From: the human T2T-CHM13v2.0 reference genome, Homo sapiens
NCBI RefSeq assembly: GCF_009914755.1
Contig: NC_060925.1
DNA length: 64,000 nucleotides
Direction: 5' to 3' (one strand)
Shown piece by piece: positions 55,800-64,000 of the stretch. The position numbers were made by a program, and so were the translations under genes. The first letter of the stretch is position 1. Every line of letters starts with the position of its first letter. The notes beneath the pieces are model-generated. The model was not told where the DNA came from. It searched no databases and saw only the letters and a program-made list of their open reading frames with translations.

Positions 55800-57062
55800 T
55801 AAAAATAAGCCCTGTTTTTTCTTGTCTCCTCATTCTATTTTGTTTTCTTTAACATTAGCCCACCCAGCTGGCTAGAGAAAAATTAAATCACAAATGAATA
55901 ATCATTTAATTGTGATTTTTGCATAGTAGTAAGTGCTCAGGATGTATATGAATTAACCAGAAAGTCCACATCTAGTAGACAAAAAGAAGACTCCCTGGAT
56001 GAAGCCTAGGTAGTCTTCTGGCCAGTGATCTGCCTGTCCCTGCATGGAAGGTGGCCTGCCTCTCAGAGATTCTTGAGTCCCTCCTATGACCTCTGGATTT
56101 ATTGGTGTTCACTTGACAAATGAACTTAGCCATCTGAGTTTCTGAATTTGTCTGAACAATGTGAGTTTGGTTTCTCAGAGGTCTTTGCTCCTGGTGCCTA
56201 TATCTGCTTCTCCCCAGAACATCATGTCAACTTTTCATCTCCACATCCACACCCCTAGACTAATAAGTCAGTCCTTCTCCGTGATTGCTCCCAACTTTAT
56301 TGGTTGGTGCTGACACCACTAGCCTTGTCAGAGCTATTGAATAGGTAAGTTTTTGCATTCCTCTTCTTGACAGATTCAAAGTCTTTATTTATGTCTTTCC
56401 TAAGGTAAAAACTTCCTCAGAATCTCAGGCGTGTCCTATAATTTATAAAATAATACAAAACTCCAACCAAGTCTGGTATGAAAGCATATATCAGCATTTC
56501 CAGTGGTACCCAAATGCCCAACCCCTGTCTTTTCAGATACAATAGGTGAGATTACATTAAAACAGTGGTTCTCACATTCTTCTACAATCTGGCATTCTCA
56601 GATTAGAAGAGATAGCTCAGTACAGAAGTGATTCTTGTGAGGATAGGAGGGGTGGTAAGGGGAAATACCTTTCTTCAGTTGGACCAGAAGCTTGAGGAGG
56701 AAGAGGAGGTATGCTAATTTAAATAGGACTCTTCAGTGGGAGCTGGAATGTGGTTAAGGCTAAACACATGAATTGCCCATCGGGGTTACTTCTTGAAACA
56801 TGAGACTAATGTCACTACTCCTTGGCTTTCATCATCAGCTCTAGAACCATAATTTTTCCGTAATGTATCATATGATTATAATTTGACTTGTTCAGGCTCC
56901 TCCCAGGACCAGAGCACAAACTCATGCCGTAGCTCTATTCAGACGTTTTTATATTGTTCCATGGAGCTGCAATCTCTTTTGGGAACTATACCAGGCTACA
57001 TAGTATGCCTCCTTCATGTTAATGTTCACCCAGAACCTCAGACCTTATTTGGAAATAGAGAC

Positions 57063-57535
57063 AGTGATGATGAATTTTATGTGTTAACTTTACTGGGTTA
57101 AGGGATAGACCAGATATTTGGTCAAACATTATTTCAGGGTGTGTTTGGAGTGTGTTTATGGAAGAGATTAGTATTTCAATTGGTAGACTGAGTGAAAAAG
57201 AGCGCTCTCACTAATGCAGTTGGGCAGCATCTAATACATTGAGGGCCCAGATAGAACACAAAGGCAGAGGAAGGATAAATTTGCTCTATCTTTAAGAGCT
57301 GAAATGTCTGTCTTCTCCTGCCCTCAGACATCTGTGCTTCTGGTTCTTGGGCCTTCAGACCCAGAATGGGACTTACACCATCATCTTCTCTGGTTCTCAG
57401 GCCGTTAAACTTGAAAAGAATTATATCACTGGCTTTCCTGGATCTCTAGCTCACAGATGACAGACTGTGGGGCTTCTCAGCCTCCAAAATCACATGAACT
57501 AATTCTTATGATAAATCACCTCATATATATATTTA
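57063..57535 (+). mobile_element. MLT2B3-like LTR (ERVL), lacking its 3' terminus
   Basis: aattttatgtgttaact...aaacattatttc...aaaggcagaggaagg...cttctcctgccctcagacatc...cttctcagcctcca. Confidence 0.8.
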
Positions 57536-57536
57536 T

Positions 57537-57970
57537 AAATAAAGCAGATTGCCCTCTGTAATTTAGGTGACCTTAATCTAATCAGTTGAAGGCCTGGATA
57601 GAACAAAAAGGCAAACCCTACTGCAAGTAAGAGGGAACTCCTCCTGCCTGGCTGGAAGCTGGGACATTGATCTTTCCTGGCATTTGGACTCAAACTGAAA
57701 CATCTGCTCTTTTTGGGTTTCAAGGCTGCTGGCTTTTGGACTGAAACTTATAGCACCGGCTTTCTTGGATTTCGGGCCTTCAGACTCAGACTGAACTGCA
57801 CATAGCACCCCCGGGTTCCTAGCTTGCCAACTGCAGATCTTGGGACCTCTCAGCCTTCATAATTGTGTGAGCCAGTTCCTTATAATAAATTGTGTGTGTG
57901 TGCCTGTGTGTGTGTGTGTGCATGCAATCTCCTATTGGCTCCATTTCTCTAGAGAACCCTGACTAATACA
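57537..57970 (+). mobile_element. MLT2B4-like LTR (ERVL), lacking ~125 bp at its 5' end
   Basis: taaagcagattgccctc...agtaagagggaactcctcctgcctg...ggactcaaactgaaacatc...tctctagagaaccctgactaataca; (TG)n at 57891-57920. Confidence 0.8.
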
Positions 57971-60050
57971 GGGGCTTTGGAGATGTAATTTATTAATCTA
58001 AGATAAGGTCATACTGCATTTGGGTGGGCCCTGTTCCCACAACTGATGTCTTTATAAGAAGAGAAAACAGAGGCAGAGGCTCTTAGAGAGAACATCACAT
58101 GATGACAGAGGCAGAGGTTAGGGTGATACACCTGCAAGCCCAGGGACACCAATGACTGTCAGCAACCACCAGCAGCCAGCAGAGAAGCATGGAGCAGATT
58201 CTCCCTTGGAGTACCCAGAAGGAACCAACTTTGCTGGTATCTTGATTTCAGACCTCTAATCTCCAGAACAGTGAGAGGATACATTTCTGTAATTGTAAGT
58301 GACCCAGTTTGTGGTACTTCGTTATGGCAGTCCTAAGAAATTGCTACAGTTTCCTACTCAACAACCTGCCTGCAATCAGTTCCTCTCTACTCTCTACTGC
58401 CATCCAGGACCGAGGTGCTGGTTCCCAGGCCCACCTGATGTCACATTGCTCCATCAATGTGATGAAGGCCCTCCTACTCTTACCCTCCCCATCTGCCTTC
58501 CCTGCTGATGAGCAGTTTGTCTGTCTGGGTCTCTTCTAGTGCCTGCCCTGAGTCTTCCCCTGTTATGGTCTGGAACAAGCCGTCACAGCCTTCTTGCTAC
58601 CTTCACTGGCACCATCGGATGGCCTGGACTCCCACCTGCTTCCTGATGTCAGCCCTCTGGCCACAAGGAGCCATCCACCTGGCTGCAGCAGGGTCCGTCT
58701 CCACAATGCCTACTCCATCCCCACTGTGTTGGGAGGGGATAGTTTGTTCTAGGTCTGATTCCAGTCTATTTTACCCTCTTAGATATCCTTCTGTGCCAGG
58801 TTACCTGGTGAGGCAGGAAAGTCAGGATCTGAATTCTCTGAAATCTTGTTGTCATCCCCTCAGAAAGTATTGTTTGATGCAGGTGTCCTCCTGCCTCCGT
58901 TTTATTTACTGTGCAGCAAGTAGAGTCCCTTTATCTGCTTGGCACTTGGCCTCATTTAGATTCTTAAATGTGCTGGCAAAAGAGTCTGTCTTTCTGTGGG
59001 GAGCTCCTTTTGTTCTTTCATCCTTTTGACTTTCTTCCTTCTTCCTCTTTCTTTCTTCTAAAAATGAAAACAAAGGAATTTTAAATGAGCCAATTCGTTG
59101 CTTACAAAAATGGTCTTATCCATATTTTGGTGAGTAATTAGTAGCATCGGAATCCTGCCTGAGCAATTTTTTTTGCCTCCCATCCCACCCCAATCAGCCT
59201 AAAAGTTATAATCTCTAAAATCAGAGTAAGAGGATACTTCGGCTGCTTTTTATGCCCAAAAAATTATATACATGTACATATGTGTACATATATATGTCTT
59301 TTTGTGTATTTATAGAGTATGTGAGACAGAGAAAGACAGATTAACTAATCAGTCACAGGAGGCATATGACACATGGATACAAGAGGCAACTACAAGGATT
59401 ACTAGAAGCCAGTTGGGTGAGAACCGTGTACACCTGCACAGGACAGATGCTGGAAACAAAGATACACTATCTCTGGCACCTTTTTATGGAAAAAGAAATT
59501 TACCTCACTTTGGGGATGTGTGACTGTGGAGAATGTGGCTTAGTATTTATGGAGTGTTCATCTTGTAGTTAGTGGTTTGTCAATTCGTAAAATTTTAGAA
59601 CTAGAGGACCTCTTACCTTAAAGATTAGGAAATGGAGCCCACGGAGGTTATCCATTCCATAAGCCACAAGCAATAAAGTATGGCCACTCACATCTAGAAA
59701 CACATCTTGAATGCAGAATCAGTGCCCAGCAGTCACAGGACTGAAAGGAACTTTCATGACTTTTCTTCTCTGTCAACAGTAATAGGTGGATCTTTGGGAT
59801 TTCTGGTCATTTAGGCCACTCAGTAACTGGATCCCAGTTTCCCTAATAATGTGTTGCATTTGCAAAGTCGACCCCCAGAATAATCTGCTTCTTCTAGTCC
59901 CACTGTCCAGTGTGCCATGAGATAGATACCTGCTCTTCTTGTCCTTTTTTGTCTTCATAGATAATGTTTATGTATACACTGTATATAATAAAGGGAGATT
60001 TTACCAGTGGGTTAGGATTGGCACAGATCATGCTAAAACTCTTTCCATAA

Positions 60051-60544
60051 TTTAGCAGATACTCTCAGAGCACCTCTCACATGCCCTCAATCCTTTGCCA
60101 GTTACCAGTCGTGCATACAGTTTCAGATGTGCTTCTTTTCAGGACAGTCAGTCCCCAACTCTGTCCGAGGACTTCCCTCAAGATCCAGAACTTCAGCTTT
60201 TCTTGTGTATGCAGACAGCTGCAAGAGCTTAGGAATTTACATCCCTCAGGGAGTATCCCTTAATGACTGATGCGTGTGAGGGTATAAATAATCCAGCTAC
60301 CCTGCTTCTAGTTTGGGATAACCCTAGTTTTGTGATTTACTCTCCAGTGTTTCCTTGCATGACTGAGCTAAAGTTACACTCACAGAACTTTGCTTCATAT
60401 TGCACCCTTGCTTGGCTTCCTTCCCTTTCTATGTCCCACTTCCCTTCTCCCCTATGGATTTTGCCAGGGGGCACTGTGTAATAAACCACTTCCATAAAGA
60501 TCATCATCTCAGAGTCTGTTTTTCAGGGACCAGAACCCAGAACA
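60051..60544 (+). mobile_element. LTR16C-like solo LTR (ERVL)
   Basis: tagcagatact...ggaatttacatccc...aatgactga...gtataaata (TATA 60283-60290)...gggataac...ggcttccttccc...aataaa (60480-60485)...tctcagagtctg. Confidence 0.75.
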
Positions 60545-61004
60545 CATGGACTATCTTATTTAGTGCTTTCAACAAGCCCATAATGTAAGTTTTTACAGAA
60601 GAAAAAACAGAGGCTCAGAATTATGGAGCCAAGATTCCTGTCCAGTTTCCCTGGCAGCTGAGTCCATGCTCTCAGCCCCTCCACTGTATGAGGCTTAGTT
60701 CTGTGGTGCTCCTCTTCCCCTGACTCAGGGCTGGCTAACCTACTCTTATTCCTGGGTAGGTGGAGCCAATGTCCTCTATCAAGTTTCTCTCAGCTGATCC
60801 CAGCATGTCCACTAGGGAATTTGACCTTTTTCCCAAGTCTTTGTAGCTCCTTTACTGAGTCTGGACTCTAGAAATCCCATACATCGTCATCCCCCATGAG
60901 CACCAGTGAATGATTTAGACTCCAAATGAATATACATAGCATACATTGTACCCAAAACCTTCACCCCACATACATTTGAACTCTAGAGTTAGATTCCTTA
61001 TTCC

Positions 61005-61165
61005 CTTGCTATTCAAAGTGTGGTCTGTGGACTAGCAACATGGACATCATCTGGGAGCTTGTGAAAAGTGCAGAAGCTCAGGACCCATCCCAGATCTGTT
61101 GAATCAGAATCCGTACTTTGAGAAGACCCCCTAGGAGTCATGTAGGTTTTAGAAATTGAGCCCGA
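61005..61165 (-). mobile_element. MER5A1-like MITE (opposite orientation to the copy at 16.7 kb)
   Basis: cttgctattcaaagtgtggtctgtggactagcaacat...ctgggagcttgt...tgaatcagaatc. Confidence 0.75.
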
Positions 61166-62159
61166 GTGGAACAGGACCTGATTTTGCCACGCTCCCATGA
61201 ATTCAGCCACCTGGATTCCAACCCAGTCCCTCTGCACACCACCCCTCCCTGGCATGAGCTCCCAGCATTCCGTTTAGCCAGGACCAGGCCTTCTGTGTCT
61301 ACTCAATTCATAGGATTGTGAATCTCTCCTCTAGCTAAGGAATTCTGCCTCTCTTCTCACAACAATCTCCCTCTCGATAAATTTAAATTTATTTTTTCCT
61401 GAACTAAAATGGACTCTCACCTTGGGTGGGAATAAGATGGCTATTTGCCTAAAAGACAGATAAACTACGCATACTCTTAATATAGAGGATACAACCTGCA
61501 GGAAAGACTCAAGTAGAAAGTGTAAGATGAGTCCTGACTTCTAACTTGAATTAAAAAATACCTAATGCCCTGACTAGAAAGATACATTCTAAGAAAGGAG
61601 TACCTCCACGTCAGATCATTTGTGAAAAGTGATTCCTTGAAGGTTGGCTGTATTGATGGCAAAGATTGCTGCATTCAGCTGTTCTTTATTAGAACTCCTG
61701 AAGATACACCTTCTTGGAAATACAAACCTGCTCTGTGGAAAAGGGAGAGAAATTTGTGGAAAAACAGATGGAAGTAGTGAGGACGCTGCTCCATAGGTTT
61801 ATTTTGCAATCTTCACAGACAGTTTTATTAAAAAGACTTCCAGTCATAATAGGGCTGTGAGTGATGTTTGTTGAGAAAGGAAATAATTTGGTAGATGGCT
61901 AGTTCCATATGAAGAGCTATTGCAGCCACAAGGAGATCTGAAGGTATGGAGATTACTTCAGATATTTGTTATGGTAAAACACCAGCGGGCCTGACTTCTT
62001 TCCACCATCAGTAACTCCTTTTAACTCCAGTAGCAATTCAGCTTTGCTTTATTCCCCATTCATTCAATTTTTCCGTGGTCCTTCTTAAGTCCTCCTTACT
62101 TGGCCTTAAGCTGATCAAAAGAGAGATTTCCATTGTATATCAAAGAAAAGTTTAAAATA

Positions 62160-62300
62160 CTTACCCTGTGGTAAGTACTTATCTCTCCCATTCCAGAGAG
62201 AAAGTGGCCATAGACAATATGGACATGAACAAGAGTGGTCGTGTAGCAATAAAACTTCACAAAAACAGGCAAAGGGTGCATTTTACCTGAGCCCAGCTCT
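62160..62300. mobile_element. MER58A-like relic
   Basis: gaaagtggccatagacaatatg...gtgtagcaataaaactt..caaaaacaggc. Confidence 0.55.
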
Positions 62301-62319
62301 AGAGAGACTTTATGATCTT

Positions 62320-63000
62320 CTCCATCACACATCTTCACCCTGGTCCAAACTACCTTTATTCCTTGGGAACGTAACAATAGTTTTCTAATTATTCTCCTTC
62401 TGCTTCCATTCTTATCAGCCTCTAATCCTTTCTTCCCACAGCAAAATGAACTTTAAAACATATGTCAGAACATGTCCCTCCCATGTTAAAACCCTTCTGT
62501 AGGTTTCCTTTTCAGAAAGCTTTGGATATTCTGCCATCACCTCCCCTCCCCTTGCAGTCCCTATCTTCATCTCTTATTGCTATTCTCTTGGTGCCTCTGT
62601 CACATTGCCTTTCTTTCAATCCCTAAAACACTCCAACTTCTTTTCTATCTCTGGGCTTCCCATAGGTGGGGCTCTGCCAAAAAGACTCCTCTCCCTCCTT
62701 TGCCTGGATAGCCCTGCTCCTGTTTTAAGTTCTAGAATTGGTGTCATGTCCTAGACTGGCTCCAAACTGAATTTCATCTTCTTTGTTATTCTCTCATATG
62801 GCAGCTTGCTTTTTTTTTTTAAAGCACTTTGTGTAATTTGTAATTATAAGTATACCTTTGTTTGTTGGCCACCTGTCTCCACTAATGTAGTAAGCTCTGT
62901 GACAACAGAGGCCATGCAGTTTGCCACCATGGACTCGGTGTCCAGAGCAGTGTTGGCACAGGGTAGGCCCAGGGTCTTGATTTTTGATAAATGAATAATT
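62320..63000 (+). mobile_element. L2 3' portion
   Basis: caccctggtccaaactacc...catgtccctcccatgttaaaacccttc...ccactaatgtagtaagctctgtga...ggcacagggtagg...gataaatgaat. Confidence 0.7.
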
Positions 63001-63201
63001 GGGCAAATGTGTAAATCAGGTGATTGTGTGTGATGGGAAAAGGATTCTTTGGGTAGAAACACAACAGGGTGCAAAGTCAACACCAGATCAGTTGCAGATT
63101 GTTTTGTGGGAAATGAATGATTCAACAAGAAAAGCTAAGTAAAGACTGAGGTAGGGGCTGGGTAAGAACAAAGGAGTTAGTAGGCAGCAAGTGTATTCAC
63201 G

Positions 63202-63585
63202 TGCTATGGACTGAATGTGTCTCCGCAAAAAAAGTGTGTTAAAATCTCACACCTCAATGTGATGGCGTTAGGAGGTGGGGCCACTGCCAGGTGATTAGGA
63301 TGTGAGGATTGAGCTCTCCTGAATGATATCAGTGCCTTTTAAGAAGAAACACTAGAGAGCTTCCTCTTCTCTTTCTCTCTCCCTCCCCGCTGCACCCCCC
63401 TCCACGATGTAAGGATACAAGAAGACAGCCATCTGTAAAAACCAGAAAAAAGGACTTCAACAAGAACCCAACCATACTGGAACCCTAGTGTTGAACTTCC
63501 AACCTCCAGAACTATGAGAAAAAAAAGTTTGTTATTTAAGCCACCCAGTCTATGGCACTCTGTTATAGCAGCCTGAACTAAGACA
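63202..63585 (+). mobile_element. MLT1A-family solo LTR
   Basis: tgctatggactgaatgtgtc...caatgtgatggcgttaggaggtggggcc...ttaagccacccagtctatgg...gaactaagaca. Confidence 0.85.
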
Positions 63586-63910
63586 GTGAGAGACAGAAGA
63601 CCCTTGAAGGCAGAAACCAGATTTCTTTGTTTCTTTTCGTGTCAGTGCATGACAGGATACTCCATAAATCCCAGTGTAAACTCAGAAAATGAAAAGAAAA
63701 AGTACTTGATTAAAGGATGAAAGCTTAGAGAGGGTTTTGGGGGGCTCCCGTACAGTTTTAAGGTTCAAAGACAAACACATTAGGAGTCAGGGGACATTCT
63801 ACTTGGTTAAGTACTAAAGAGAATGGAAAATTAGAAAAAAGAATATGATTGATTCCTTAGGGTAATAGAGATAGAAGATTTGGTTAGTGGAAGTATGGTA
63901 GAGAAAGGAA

Positions 63911-64000
63911 TGAAAGACAGAGCTAATTATTTCCCAGTATTCCTTCTTTCTTTCTTCTTTTTAGTAATAGAATCTCAAACCTTTACTTGAGAACACAAAT
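63911..64000. mobile_element. Probable end of an LTR33-like element, running off the window
   Basis: agacagagctaattatttcccagtattccttct...cttcttttttagtaatagaatc resembles an LTR33 terminus. Confidence 0.4.

Larger units (their letters stand above)
56987..58348 (+). mobile_element. MLT1C-family solo LTR interrupted by MLT2 LTRs
   Basis: cccagaacctcagaccttatttggaaatag | ggggctttggagatgtaat...gagcagattctccc...gtttgtggtacttcgttatggcag...taca. Confidence 0.85.

Noticed and set aside
58508-59029. Longest ORF in the track (173 aa)
   Set aside because: No recognisable domain, composition typical of random genomic translation (S/L/P/C rich), and no supporting gene structure; expected by chance in 64 kb.

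Overview
This is 64 kb of primate nuclear DNA: it carries AluY/AluS/AluJ, THE1B and MST elements, so it is probably human, although I cannot exclude another catarrhine. It is non-coding (intergenic or deep intronic). I recognise no protein-coding gene and cannot name the locus. The six-frame ORFs are chance ORFs, Alu read-throughs or broken L1 ORF1/ORF2 pieces. Much of the window is transposable-element debris: a near full-length ~8 kb L1MA2-like LINE with a surviving target-site duplication (TSD), 12 Alu-family SINEs including a fossil FAM monomer, MaLR/ERVL solo LTRs, Tigger/hAT MITEs, many MIR/L2/L3 relics, and a compound GATA STR. All repeat family names come from remembered consensus sequences compared by eye and need RepeatMasker/Dfam confirmation; boundaries of old elements are approximate. 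The most notable observations are: (1) four small complex template-switch scars that can be reconstructed base by base; (2) a heavily decayed full-length 5S rRNA copy; (3) a fused MLT2B3/MLT2B4 LTR carrying a perfect DUX4 motif; (4) multi-level TE nesting; (5) repeat-free blocks with homeodomain/FOX/SOX motif clusters and several candidate exons, mostly on the minus strand. I find no evidence for a new multi-gene biological system.
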